Made by a program: the position numbers and the translations under genes. A stretch of DNA of 64,000 bases from positions 112,559 to 176,558 of the IMG/VR virus record IMGVR_UViG_3300036770_005754. The stretch is one strand, 5' to 3'. The notes beneath the pieces were generated by a model. That model was given only the letters and a program-made list of their open reading frames with translations. It was not told the origin of the DNA and searched no databases. Source of the stretch: a virus. Below, in pieces: positions 39,102-49,041 of the stretch. Position 1 is the first letter of the stretch; every line of letters begins with the position of its first letter.

Positions 39102-39102
39102 A

Positions 39103-39435
39103 TCAACCTGCAGTAATATCGGAGCACTGTGACGATCTTTGTGATCTAATTCTGTCTAACTGTGCCTGTAAATTGGCTTCGACAAGCAACTGAGCGTCAC
39201 AAACAGTAACAAACTCATCTTCGCTAAAATACAGAGTAACGCCGTTTACAAGAGATGCCCTATCTCCATAATGGGACAATGCAGTGGGCTGTCCAGCCCT
39301 AGATCTCGTCGTGTAGACCCATCCGTTTGGGCCATACATTAACGTGCTGATCTGCACAGCTTCTAGAAACCCAAGAGCTGCTGATTCTCTGAGGTAGACA
39401 ATATCCCCGGGTTCATATAATGGTCGACTAATCAT
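39103..39435 (-). CDS. Hypothetical protein
   Basis: 110-aa ORF. Confidence 0.7.
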   Translation of the reverse strand: MISRPLYEPGDIVYLRESAALGFLEAVQISTLMYGPNGWVYTTRSRAGQPTALSHYGDRASLVNGVTLYFSEDEFVTVCDAQLLVEANLQAQLDRIRSQRSSQCSDITAG

Positions 39436-40567
39436 TATCTAGCAGTTCATTATCTAAATCAGGTAAATCAGATGAACCCATTGGCTCTTCATCGACTATG
39501 CGACAATTCTCATGGAATTTAAAAGCCACATTATATGTTTTATTAAGTATCTCATCGGCAAGATCGCGATCAGCTCTTAGAGCAGCTGAGGCAGCAGCGG
39601 CACCGTTGCCTATTTTTCTATCTCCGTATGAAATCCAAGAACTGGTTCTGCTCATGACTTTACAATCGAGAGCAACATCTATCAATGATGACATAATGTC
39701 GATACCATATATTGGTCTAGACGGGTGACCAACACAAATATCAAAAGCAGCAGTCGTAAACGGTGGGGCTACTTTATTCTTAATTATCTTCATATTCGTT
39801 TGAAAACCGACAACACTGTCATCATCTTTCAAGCTCGATCCACGTCTAACCTCAGCACGGATAGACGCATAGAATTTAAGAGCACGGCCACCAGGAGTCG
39901 TCTCTGGATTACCAAACATCACACCGACTTTCTCTCTAATCTGATTTACAAATATCACAGTAGTTTTGGTCTTGTTGATTGAACCCTTCAACTTTCGTAA
40001 CGCTTTACTCATCAACCTAGCATGAGCACCTACATTCGCATCTGACAACTCGCCATCTAATTCGACCTGTGGAGTTAAAGCGGCAACAGAGTCAACAACT
40101 ATGAGGTTGACCAATGTCGATTTAACCATCTTTTCGACGATGTCTAAAGCTTCCTCCCCGCTGTTCGGCTGTGAAAATATTAGCTCATCAATATTAACAC
40201 CAATTCTCTCAGCCCACGTCGGGTCGAACGCATGCTCGGCGTCGATAAACGCCGCTGTCCCAGGGACAGACTCGCCATCAGCGTTCGTAAACATGTGTTT
40301 CTGGCATGCCGCTATGAATTGTAGGCATGCTGTGGTCTTACCACTAGACTCGGGCCCATAGATTTCGATTATTCTACCCTGTGGCAAGCCTTTACATCCG
40401 AATGCAACATCGATCGACGGGACACCAGTGGAAAATGCTTGCACATTCACTATAGTATTCCTACCAACCATCACAGATCCGGCACCATGATCTTTCTCTA
40501 TTAAACTGATCAAATCAGCCTTGTTCTGCATTGCTGAAACTTGCTGCTTTTCTCTCTTCTTGGCCAT
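39428..40567 (-). CDS. recA: RecA recombinase
   Basis: GRIIEIYGPESSGKTT, FIDAEHA, VVDSVAAL, NQIREKVGVMFGNPETTPGGRALKFYAS, KNKVAPPF. Confidence 0.97.
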   Translation of the reverse strand: MAKKREKQQVSAMQNKADLISLIEKDHGAGSVMVGRNTIVNVQAFSTGVPSIDVAFGCKGLPQGRIIEIYGPESSGKTTACLQFIAACQKHMFTNADGESVPGTAAFIDAEHAFDPTWAERIGVNIDELIFSQPNSGEEALDIVEKMVKSTLVNLIVVDSVAALTPQVELDGELSDANVGAHARLMSKALRKLKGSINKTKTTVIFVNQIREKVGVMFGNPETTPGGRALKFYASIRAEVRRGSSLKDDDSVVGFQTNMKIIKNKVAPPFTTAAFDICVGHPSRPIYGIDIMSSLIDVALDCKVMSRTSSWISYGDRKIGNGAAAASAALRADRDLADEILNKTYNVAFKFHENCRIVDEEPMGSSDLPDLDNELLDND

Positions 40568-40832
40568 TGGAAAGGTTCCCTAGACTTTTGGAAATGTTCT
40601 CAAGGTTGTAACTTACGACTAACAAAACATCCGTAGCTGGTATACGTATTAATATACTGTTCTTAGCTAATAATAATTCATTACCATTAACAATCGAAAC
40701 AACCGACCAAATTCCTTTAGGACTAGTATTCGTGCCAGGTGGAGCAGATAAATAAGTCACATTCTTAGTGGTAATAATACGCACTTGGTCGAACCTACCA
40801 ATGCGGGTCTCCAGCATTCTACCAGTGCTCAT
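40515..40832 (-). CDS. Hypothetical protein
   Basis: 105-aa ORF. Confidence 0.65.
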   Translation of the reverse strand: MSTGRMLETRIGRFDQVRIITTKNVTYLSAPPGTNTSPKGIWSVVSIVNGNELLLAKNSILIRIPATDVLLVVSYNLENISKSLGNLSNGQEERKAASFSNAEQG

Positions 40833-40865
40833 CCATTCAAACCTATTATAGATTAGGAGTAAAAT

Positions 40866-41396
40866 ATGCTAACAAACGCTGAAGAAACTTTGCTCGAAGC
40901 TATTAAAACCATGCTGCAACATGACGCAGAACTTGGGTTAAGTATGCACGGCAAAGAGAACGAAGAGTCTGGCGAAACAGAACGTGGTTTCGAGTATTTA
41001 CACAACCAAATCGATGATATGTTTCAGCTCAAAGCAGCTGAATTAACACACGCTAATGGTGTATGCCAAGCATTCAACAAAGTACACTCATATAAATATG
41101 TGGATGATCCACAATTTAGAACAGCAATGGAAAAAGAAATGGTCGCACAAGGAATACCAGCAAGCGACAGAACCAAAGCAATTGGATATATAGATTCAAT
41201 AATGAGAGAACTAAAATCCGACAGGGGAGAATGGGCAGAAAAAGACTTCGGATTCAACCCAAATCTCGATGAAATAATGGACACAAATAATATAGAACAA
41301 CCACTAGAATTCGAGACCCAAGAAGTTGAGGACTGGCCAACGAAATCGAATGTAAAATGGGAAGATGGCGATGCAAGCCCTGGTAGGACGCCATGA
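40866..41396 (+). CDS. Hypothetical acidic protein
   Basis: 176 aa, AGGAG RBS. Confidence 0.75.
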   Translation: MLTNAEETLLEAIKTMLQHDAELGLSMHGKENEESGETERGFEYLHNQIDDMFQLKAAELTHANGVCQAFNKVHSYKYVDDPQFRTAMEKEMVAQGIPASDRTKAIGYIDSIMRELKSDRGEWAEKDFGFNPNLDEIMDTNNIEQPLEFETQEVEDWPTKSNVKWEDGDASPGRTP

Positions 41397-41620
41397 AACT
41401 AAAAAACATATTAGCCAACAGATTAAACAATAAATTTAAAAGATCGAACTATTTCAGAAGACCGAAAATACAAACACAAGTAGCATATGACCAAGACAGA
41501 GGTATAGACTCAGGTTCAGCAACGTCTGGTGGATCTATGATGACTACCGGTATACCAATAAAACCAGAACATAGAAAATTCCTTGGGTACGGCGAAGAAG
41601 AGTATGACAGGAACCTCTAA
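41393..41620 (+). CDS. Hypothetical protein
   Basis: 75 aa, ATGA overlap. Confidence 0.65.
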   Translation: MKLKNILANRLNNKFKRSNYFRRPKIQTQVAYDQDRGIDSGSATSGGSMMTTGIPIKPEHRKFLGYGEEEYDRNL

Positions 41621-42321
41621 TACAAAAACCTCTCTATACGAGCGAAATCATCATCACTCAAACGATCTCTTGGTGACAATAACCTACCACAGAAAAAATG
41701 CACAAAGTCGCCATTATTGATTGTGCATATCGCTAGCCCCCGCAAAGCAGCTTTATACCAATTCTTGATACCACAATCCCATAACCTTACCCACATCATA
41801 ACACCACTATCACAGACGTTACAATCCACCAACCATCTAACCATTGCTGAAAGATCAAATATCTTAACATCTATATTGCCGGACCGCTCTGAGATACCAA
41901 AAGAACCACTTATTCTTGATATGTCCCAAATTGTCGGACAAGGATGGATAGGACCAAACGGCAACCTATATGAACCGGCCATTATTGCACCACTCATGAT
42001 AGCATTAACCAGCCCGATAGCCCAATCTCTACCTGATATCAGACAGTCTGGTTCAATATGAATAAAATATAGATCTCCTCTGTTTCTCAAAAATTCTACA
42101 GCTACATCTATACCTTCGCCATGTGATAATTTGCGGCCGCCAGCATCTAGAACGACACAATTATCATCGAAATACTCATCGGGCATTGGTTCAGATAGAT
42201 TGTTGACTAGAATAACCTCTTCCGAAAAATGCTCTCTTAAGCTACGTAGCATTACCTTTGGCCAATGATGATAAAAGATCACGGCGACGAACACAAACCT
42301 AATTGGCATGTGATGGAGCAT
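41617..42321 (-). CDS. Putative glycosyltransferase-like protein
   Basis: VILVNN, HG.GID, FIHIEPDC (DxD-like), W.WDCG, HF. Confidence 0.55.
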   Translation of the reverse strand: MLHHMPIRFVFVAVIFYHHWPKVMLRSLREHFSEEVILVNNLSEPMPDEYFDDNCVVLDAGGRKLSHGEGIDVAVEFLRNRGDLYFIHIEPDCLISGRDWAIGLVNAIMSGAIMAGSYRLPFGPIHPCPTIWDISRISGSFGISERSGNIDVKIFDLSAMVRWLVDCNVCDSGVMMWVRLWDCGIKNWYKAALRGLAICTINNGDFVHFFCGRLLSPRDRLSDDDFARIERFLY

Positions 42322-42940
42322 TATACCAAGACTTAGCTTTCCAAGAAGTGATTAACCATTCCATGTAGTCAGCACCATTCTCACCATACCAACCACAAGC
42401 AAATGGTAGATGAGATTCTACTAAGAGTAAAAGACCACTATCTGTTACTCCAAAATCGACGGCCCCAGAAAACCAATTCGGCCAATCTATGTTTAATTTT
42501 GGTGGGCAGGCATTTTCATCGCATCCAGAATACCATCCGGACGCTATTTCCCTTCCTTCAGCGATATAGTATCTCCATTCGTTAATAAAGTCGACAACTT
42601 CCGAGCACCAGTACATGTCATCCTCAAGTGCCGTCGAACCAGAAGTAATGAAAGGTTCGAACCTTTTGAAAGAAGTAGCCGACTTAATGAATAACCCTGG
42701 TCCTACTTCTTCCTTTGTCCTGAGTGTAATATTCCTGCCGAAGTAGCCAGCGAGAAACGCTGGATAGAAATCGATAATGTCTGGTAGTTTCGGTAATATT
42801 TGAAGACAATAATCAACTGAACCGACTGCTATTGTGTTTCGTTTCGGTTTTTTGATAAATTCAGCTTTGATTGATCTTTTCAATGACTGGAAATATATGG
42901 CACTAGCTTCTCTGCTACTAATTGGTTCTAGTGAAAACAT
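42299..42940 (-). CDS. ATP-grasp protein (DUF4343/R2K-like)
   Basis: VGSV.Y, YP..L..Y.GR.I, FIK, SEVV.F..EWR.Y, DFG...G...VE. Confidence 0.75.
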   Translation of the reverse strand: MFSLEPISSREASAIYFQSLKRSIKAEFIKKPKRNTIAVGSVDYCLQILPKLPDIIDFYPAFLAGYFGRNITLRTKEEVGPGLFIKSATSFKRFEPFITSGSTALEDDMYWCSEVVDFINEWRYYIAEGREIASGWYSGCDENACPPKLNIDWPNWFSGAVDFGVTDSGLLLLVESHLPFACGWYGENGADYMEWLITSWKAKSWYNAPSHAN

Positions 42941-42967
42941 ATTAATACTTAATTCTGAAGGTGCGGT

Positions 42968-43696
42968 TTAATTTTTAGACAGGCTATTGGTATTCCCTAC
43001 AATATTGTCTATTAATTGTTTGTCATCGCTCCTCAGATAATTGAGTACATCTACCATGCGATAGCCAAAAGCTAAACCGTGCAATAAATCTAGTTTACCG
43101 CCGGAACCACTTGCCTCAGACATCTCTTCGATAATATCCTCGTCGCCAGGCCATGCGATATAGAAGCCAGCAGGCCGTATGGAGGTGATTGGCGGAGTTG
43201 TAATATATGGCTGGACTAAAAACCCGCTTTCTCTTAATGATTCTAACGGGAGCCTGACCAAAGCAGCCAATCGCTCCCGCCTATGCATTTGGTTTATTGT
43301 AACCTCATCGCTTGGAGATGGTTGGTGTTTAGAAATCGTTTTGAAATTATCGACATGAAATCTTATTAATTTCTTAGTGATAATAGGCGAAATGTCATAA
43401 TGCTTTAATAATTTATGAATAGCTTGCGGAGCACGAATACGATGTAAAAATTTATCTTCTATACCATCCTCTCCATAGTATCCTTGCAAGTATTGAACAG
43501 CGGTTTGAGTATCGACACCAAATTCGTCGACGATACCGTAAACACCGATTCTGTCGGTCTTGCCTTGACCTAAAAGTGCTCTTTTCACTCTAGTCTCGAA
43601 GCGTTCTTCAGCGATTATATTAAGTCCCATAGCCAGATCTTGTGAAGAACTGCTGCGGCATACCCATGAGTGAACTCTTAGCTTTATATGGTTCAC
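42968..43696 (-). CDS. Hypothetical protein (probable start MGLNI)
   Basis: 242-aa ORF. Confidence 0.65.
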   Translation of the reverse strand: MNHIKLRVHSWVCRSSSSQDLAMGLNIIAEERFETRVKRALLGQGKTDRIGVYGIVDEFGVDTQTAVQYLQGYYGEDGIEDKFLHRIRAPQAIHKLLKHYDISPIITKKLIRFHVDNFKTISKHQPSPSDEVTINQMHRRERLAALVRLPLESLRESGFLVQPYITTPPITSIRPAGFYIAWPGDEDIIEEMSEASGSGGKLDLLHGLAFGYRMVDVLNYLRSDDKQLIDNIVGNTNSLSKN

Positions 43697-44168
43697 CAGG
43701 CTTTGTGAATTGTTTTGTAGACGGGCTCAGGTCAATGTGTCCAGACCGTTTATTTTCGAAAACTCTGGTAACGAAGTGTATGATGCGTCTTGGTGTGGTT
43801 TGGCGCGTGGCTGACGCATTCACACCTTCAGGGATTAATATCTGACCGGCTTTTATTTGTCTGGCTAGATCATGTAAATTATTATGATATGTTTCACCAA
43901 GATACATTCGATGCGTGCCAAGAACAAATAAATTCCATCCTATAATAGCTTTTCCTTGAGACATGTCTAATTCTTCGACATGTGGAACTACTTCAACTTT
44001 TGACGCAAGGGCCGGGACGACCATCGGGAGGTCTTGTATCAATGATGGATATAATTGACGATCAAAAGATTCAGTGAATCCTTTATCCATGAAATATTTA
44101 ATCAAAAGTCTGCGAACTACTTCTAGGTTCGCTCTTTGTTTCATTCTATCAATATCGTATGAATCCAT
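43620..44168 (-). CDS. Hypothetical protein
   Basis: 182-aa ORF. Confidence 0.75.
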   Translation of the reverse strand: MDSYDIDRMKQRANLEVVRRLLIKYFMDKGFTESFDRQLYPSLIQDLPMVVPALASKVEVVPHVEELDMSQGKAIIGWNLFVLGTHRMYLGETYHNNLHDLARQIKAGQILIPEGVNASATRQTTPRRIIHFVTRVFENKRSGHIDLSPSTKQFTKPGEPYKAKSSLMGMPQQFFTRSGYGT

Positions 44169-45355
44169 TAGTATTCCTCTTCATCTTCAATATATTCCTC
44201 AACTTCATCTATCAACTCTCTGAGTTCTTCTTTTATATTTTCTACGCTTGAATCTGAGTGTACTGCTTCGATCGTCCTGCTCAAAAGATCATGTATGAAG
44301 TTAGGGTCTCTCTTGGCTATCTTTGCGATTGTCTCCGCTAGCCTTGAATGTTCTGGAACGATTTTAAGGAAGCTCGTCCACAAGTGTGGGCCGATTTGGA
44401 TTAACCATGGCTCATCTGTTGTTTTGTCAGCGACTCTTAAGACTTTCTTCAGTTGCCCCTTCGACAAATGGGATAGACCATGGTGCGATAGTAATTCCAT
44501 AACGCCTTTAACTAGTTCTTGTATCAGAACTGGGAATATCATGGCTTGAGCTACAATTGTCGGTCGATCTTCATCGTCATATTCTACATTAGATGTGCCA
44601 ACTGCGGCACCAGCAAGGTTAGCGAGCGATGAATAATCCATTAACCAATATGTGTGTTCTGTGCCGGAGCTTAACTTATCATAAGCTTCTAATAATTGCG
44701 GGTCTAGAGCTTTCAATTCTGATTCGACGAATCTGTGCATCGTCATCATATTGTGGACGGCTGCTCCTTGCGTGAGAGCGTTCATGGTTATTCGTTTATT
44801 AATCTCACTGATATCGACGTCTTCCTCGTCTTCTTCATCATCATTATGATCTAGAGATACATTTTGTGTCAACCTTGCATCAAGAATATCTCTTGGAACG
44901 TTCCATATTTTGCTGACTACGTCTTTCGCTATTTCTTCTAGTTGTTTGGCATATCGGCTTTCTATTCGCATTATTTTGTGCATTATTTGATATGCACCGC
45001 CGCCGATGCTGTTCATGTCATATGCTTGTAAACCTGGAAATGTTTTTCTTACGCGTTCAGCACTGGTTTGGAATGCTCTCTGAGCTGATTCATGGCCGTA
45101 CATCGCCATAATAGGGTGTTTTGAGTACGGATGTGGTTGTTTTCTGATATCTTTCCAAAATCTTACTACGTTTTGGTGAGCTTCGTCGTCAAATGCTTCG
45201 GCGATTCTTTTCTTCCTTGCTTTTGGACGCGGGGCTTCTTTTGGTCTTGGTGGTGCGAAAGGATCGAAAGTCGGCTTTGGTTTTGGTTTCACCGGCGTAG
45301 GTGTTACCGGTTTTGTGGGTGCGGTAGTTGTGCCAGCTATTTCTCGTAGTTTCAT
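44168..45355 (-). CDS. Hypothetical protein, possibly a head/internal protein
   Basis: 395 aa; MKLREI start, Pro/Lys-rich N-terminus. Confidence 0.75.
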   Translation of the reverse strand: MKLREIAGTTTAPTKPVTPTPVKPKPKPTFDPFAPPRPKEAPRPKARKKRIAEAFDDEAHQNVVRFWKDIRKQPHPYSKHPIMAMYGHESAQRAFQTSAERVRKTFPGLQAYDMNSIGGGAYQIMHKIMRIESRYAKQLEEIAKDVVSKIWNVPRDILDARLTQNVSLDHNDDEEDEEDVDISEINKRITMNALTQGAAVHNMMTMHRFVESELKALDPQLLEAYDKLSSGTEHTYWLMDYSSLANLAGAAVGTSNVEYDDEDRPTIVAQAMIFPVLIQELVKGVMELLSHHGLSHLSKGQLKKVLRVADKTTDEPWLIQIGPHLWTSFLKIVPEHSRLAETIAKIAKRDPNFIHDLLSRTIEAVHSDSSVENIKEELRELIDEVEEYIEDEEEY

Positions 45356-45401
45356 TCGGTCACCCGTAATTAATTTGCGAAGTTATAATAAATTTTCCTG
45401 A

Positions 45402-45611
45402 TCAATGACTCCCGTTTAAATATTCATCGATTTGGGTTCGCAATTTTAATATCATTTCTATACATGGCTCTGACATAACTTGATATATTTTTTCGTTCTT
45501 TGGTAGTATGTCTCTACGTAATGATCCTAGTGCTAATTCAGCCCTGATTAACTGTTCACGTACGACTTTCAATTCTTCATTGTTTCCGATCGTGTCTCGA
45601 ATTTCTTTCAT
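45402..45611 (-). CDS. Hypothetical protein
   Basis: 69-aa helical ORF. Confidence 0.55.
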   Translation of the reverse strand: MKEIRDTIGNNEELKVVREQLIRAELALGSLRRDILPKNEKIYQVMSEPCIEMILKLRTQIDEYLNGSH

Positions 45612-45669
45612 TCTAGTGGCCTTACTAATGTAAGTTAGTAATCTTAACTATTCTAGTTTAATTTTTGGA

Positions 45670-46337
45670 TAGGGTTTGGCTCCCCCCATACAAGGAGATA
45701 TTTGCGACAAAAGAAAATCGCGAACATCAACTCATATGATCTTGGTGACGACAGCGTGTCGCCCCATCCACGACATCAAGGCAAGCTCCAACACGAACCA
45801 ATTTCAGGGGGAAGCTGTGTGTTGGTCGAAACCTTTTGCCATTCTCCTACCCACGTCGCACTCCCGCCAAGGAGGCCGTACACTCTACCAGTTTTGGTGC
45901 CTTAGGAGATTCGAGTTACCTGAGATAACATCACTTACTGTCAGTCCATCAGCTTCGTCTAGGCTACGAATGATTTGAAATTTTTGGTTGCCAAATGGCG
46001 TTAACATCGAAGATTTTTCTTAATCCTAGACCCACTGCAGTAAAACTGAGTGATATCAGATTGGCATCCCAGGCATGTGGTACCTCAACCGTCGGGCTTG
46101 AGCTTCTTCTCTCCTTAAAACGCCCCTGTATTTCTTTTAGGCTCCAACATCATGTTGAAAACCAGCTACAGCAGGTGACCCGTACGCTTTTCGCCTTCGT
46201 GATCCGCACCCACCAAATGATGGATGGCAAGAATACTTAAGAACCAACTGTAGCCGATTGAGGGTTAACATTGCAGGAAGTAGCAAACAACGCTACTATG
46301 TCCGATCACAAGGACCGGGCGGCTCTGATCAACCGCT
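45670..46337 (-). ncRNA. Candidate large structured non-coding RNA of unknown class (~670 nt)
   Basis: Gap without a credible CDS; many stems with G-U wobbles that work only on the minus strand; GTATT motif just upstream. Confidence 0.65.
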
Positions 46338-46340
46338 AAA

Positions 46341-46351
46341 ATATAAATACT
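46341..46351 (-). promoter_or_regulatory. Candidate promoter (AGTATTTATAT) upstream of the ncRNA
   Basis: GTATT(T/G) recurs upstream of genes at 36522, 47476, 48204, 58517, 58623, 59768 and 63661; GTATTA upstream of 42940. Confidence 0.4.
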
Positions 46352-46372
46352 AAGAAAGAGAAACAAACAACA

Positions 46373-47476
46373 TCAAAACTCACTAGACTCAATAACATAC
46401 AACTCATCACCCTCATGCATTACCTCATCATTGCACCTATTCAAAATAGCAATATCAAGATCCTTAATATTCTTTGAATCACGCTCAACCCAAACCATAA
46501 ACAAATTATGATGCAAAGCAGGAGAAGGGCCCTCCAAAATCTTCTCAGCATCAGGCTCCTTCTTAGGCTTCATCTCCATTAGCCTAACATCCTTGGCACC
46601 CCTCTTAAGTAATTCCTGCTTAAGAACAGCTTTCTCATCATTGGTAAAATCTCGATCCAAAGCGATTCTAACCATCGCCCCAGAGACATCAGCCGACTTC
46701 ACAGACTCATCAGAAATAGTAGTGAATTGTGGAGGCTGAGGAACGTCAGGAAAATAACGTGACCCAGCCTTCCAAATATTCACGAATTTATGGTTTGACG
46801 CCTCAATATCATAAACATAAAAACCATGCGGAACGTCTCCCTCATCAAACTTGAAAGGGATCGGAGAACCAGGATACCAAACATTTTCGCCAACTTGTTG
46901 CTTGCTATGAAAATGGCCAGTATAAACTCTCTTGAATGTAGAGTATTCAAAAGTCACACTGGACCAGTCCTTAAGCAAGAAGCAAGTGTTGAGTGTGGCA
47001 CTCCGAACGCCTATATGAGTTAATAAAATGTCTTCATTGGGTCTATATTTTTCATGTTCCATGATGGCCCTAACGACTCTCATATATGCCTTTTCATAAG
47101 TTATGAATGGCAAGATCCAAAACTGCTGATTATCGATATCCAATAATTTGACATCTTCGATTACAGTCAGATGTTTCTTCAAAGGTGTCAGACTATTGAC
47201 TCCCCAAGAATGCCTCAAGAACATGTCATGATTACCAGGGAATACTATCCAATTTTGGCCGTATTTCTCTTTTGTTTCCTCAAAAAATCTTGCAACTTGC
47301 GAATTCACATCGATTTCAATCGCCTGCCTATTATGATAGAGATCACCTAGAACAAACATCACATCAATCTCATGTTCCGCACAATATTCACGCATTACGC
47401 GACAGGCCCAAAGTATATCATCAGTACGCCCGGGCACACCAAAATGAATATCAGCAGTAATTCCGACGCACGTCAT
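46373..47476 (-). CDS. sbcD: Mre11/SbcD-like nuclease (gp47-like)
   Basis: ADIHFG, LGDLYH, PGNHD, GHFH, YPGSP. Confidence 0.92.
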   Translation of the reverse strand: MTCVGITADIHFGVPGRTDDILWACRVMREYCAEHEIDVMFVLGDLYHNRQAIEIDVNSQVARFFEETKEKYGQNWIVFPGNHDMFLRHSWGVNSLTPLKKHLTVIEDVKLLDIDNQQFWILPFITYEKAYMRVVRAIMEHEKYRPNEDILLTHIGVRSATLNTCFLLKDWSSVTFEYSTFKRVYTGHFHSKQQVGENVWYPGSPIPFKFDEGDVPHGFYVYDIEASNHKFVNIWKAGSRYFPDVPQPPQFTTISDESVKSADVSGAMVRIALDRDFTNDEKAVLKQELLKRGAKDVRLMEMKPKKEPDAEKILEGPSPALHHNLFMVWVERDSKNIKDLDIAILNRCNDEVMHEGDELYVIESSEF

Positions 47477-47534
47477 AAAACACCCTTTCTATAGGATACA
47501 AAGATATTTTTAAAATACACTCGGCAAAATTATT

Positions 47535-48065
47535 GTGGAGGGTCTAAATATGTTTCACGCAGAACGCATGTCACTAAGTGATGGCCAATCATATCAAAAT
47601 GTGTTAGTATATGAGGATGATGATATAGCCGAGGAAGATAAAATATTCGAAGAATGGACAAAAGTCATAATAGCAGATGGCGAAAGAATATTACTACACT
47701 TGTGGAAAATAAAAGTCATACATCTAGACAAAACCGTCCGAAGCACAAAGAATTCAATAAAGGCTGATAGGCTAATATTAGATGGAAACATCTCATATCA
47801 AGACATCTCGATAATACCACATCCGGAATTTGAAGAAGCTGGTGTGCCACATTACTTTATCGGCCATATCGGGGGTATAGCTGGGCAATTGACCTATTCA
47901 TGTCAAGGCGGAACATATATTACTCACGACACCAACGTCTCGAGCATTATCATGCGTTCTTCAAGAAGGACTGGCGTTTCAGCTGCGTCAGCACCGATGA
48001 TTAGTAAATCAACTTTACCATTAAAATTAGCGAGAACCACGAAAATTAAGAAAGATCAGAAATAA
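47535..48065 (+). CDS. Hypothetical protein (probable start MFHAE at 47550)
   Basis: GGAGG RBS. Confidence 0.7.
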   Translation: MEGLNMFHAERMSLSDGQSYQNVLVYEDDDIAEEDKIFEEWTKVIIADGERILLHLWKIKVIHLDKTVRSTKNSIKADRLILDGNISYQDISIIPHPEFEEAGVPHYFIGHIGGIAGQLTYSCQGGTYITHDTNVSSIIMRSSRRTGVSAASAPMISKSTLPLKLARTTKIKKDQK

Positions 48066-48203
48066 TTCTATAGCTTATAAATTACTTGATTGTATTTTAT
48101 GATTATGTAACCATAATACTGCGCATTAACCGGCCGCGACAGAAGTCCTGAGGTGGTCATTACTTGGTCAATCTACCTGTTTGAAGGCGATTAGAGAATA
48201 CAA

Positions 48204-48401
48204 ATGCCACGATATAGAGTCAGCGGAACAGTAATAGCTTCAAAATATCTCGGAGAATTTGAGGCCGATACCGAAGAGGAGGCTATCGAAATGGCACTTA
48301 GCAGTGAAAATGCTTACGTAAGCCTGTGCCATCAATGTTCTGGCGAATGTGAAAACCCAGAAATTCACGATGCGAACGCGGAACCGATCGATGAAGAATA
48401 A
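48204..48401 (+). CDS. Small acidic Cys-containing protein, tandem copy 1
   Basis: MPRYRVSGTVIASKYLGEFEA..EEEAIEMA...CHQC. Confidence 0.75.
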   Translation: MPRYRVSGTVIASKYLGEFEADTEEEAIEMALSSENAYVSLCHQCSGECENPEIHDANAEPIDEE

Positions 48402-48435
48402 TCGCTGGTTAATCCGCTGTTTGGAGAAATACGAA

Positions 48436-48672
48436 ATGCCACGATACAGAGTCAGCGGAACAGTAATCAGCGGAGCAATAATTGCTTCAAAATATCTTGG
48501 AGAATTTGAGGTTGGCACCGAGGAGGAGGCCATCGAAATGGCACTTAGCAGTGAAAATGCTTACTTAAGGCACGCTAGAATATTGATAGCACAGACGGAT
48601 TTTTGTGACTGCTGCGGAATTCATGATGCGAGTGCGGAACTGATTGAGGAATCTATCGAGCAGCCTCAGTAG
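48436..48672 (+). CDS. Small acidic Cys-containing protein, tandem copy 2
   Basis: Near-identical start; GGAG RBS before ATG 48436. Confidence 0.7.
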   Translation: MPRYRVSGTVISGAIIASKYLGEFEVGTEEEAIEMALSSENAYLRHARILIAQTDFCDCCGIHDASAELIEESIEQPQ

Positions 48673-48741
48673 CTCGAGCAATCACATTGAGTCTCAGAGC
48701 GAGTAGCTCAAACCGGTAATCCCCTTGGTACAGGCAAAGGA

Positions 48742-49041
48742 ATGACGACATTGGCTCAGCAAAAGCAGACGGTGATTGCATTTGTCAAGCATTTTGGGTG
48801 TATTCAATATGGTGTATATCACGCACAATATCTTGGCGGCTACGTTTTGCGATGTAATGGGAGATACGTGGAGCAGGAGTATGACAATGTAGGCGATGAT
48901 CTAGATGGGTGGTCAATTACCGAGATTCCATCAGAATCCAATGTGATTATGGTATGGGAGGGCGAGTGCGAAAACGAGTGGTGTGGTAAATGGCGACAGC
49001 CTACCGCTGATGAGTTGCAATCGCTAACAGAGGAGCCATAG
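48742..49041 (+). CDS. Hypothetical protein
   Basis: 99-aa ORF. Confidence 0.65.
   Translation: MTTLAQQKQTVIAFVKHFGCIQYGVYHAQYLGGYVLRCNGRYVEQEYDNVGDDLDGWSITEIPSESNVIMVWEGECENEWCGKWRQPTADELQSLTEEP

Noticed and set aside
27613-43696. Programmed frameshifts at the 50-110-nt gene overlaps
   Set aside because: Downstream genes have their own plausible starts, and no clear slippery site was seen
45820-45930. Permuted tmRNA, suggested by minus-strand GGTTTCGAC and ...GGCACCA
   Set aside because: No matching acceptor stem, T arm or tag reading frame found
45676-46240. Plus-strand ORFs of 100, 67 and 81 aa
   Set aside because: Weak starts or RBS, no recognisable motifs, atypical composition; the structured-RNA reading fits better
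46342-46349. T4 late promoter TATAAATA on the plus strand
   Set aside because: It points antisense into gp47 and is not seen before the structural genes; the minus-strand GTATT reading fits better
48110-48190. Integron attC-like fragment
   Set aside because: Only a vague left-arm resemblance; no complementary arm and no integrase
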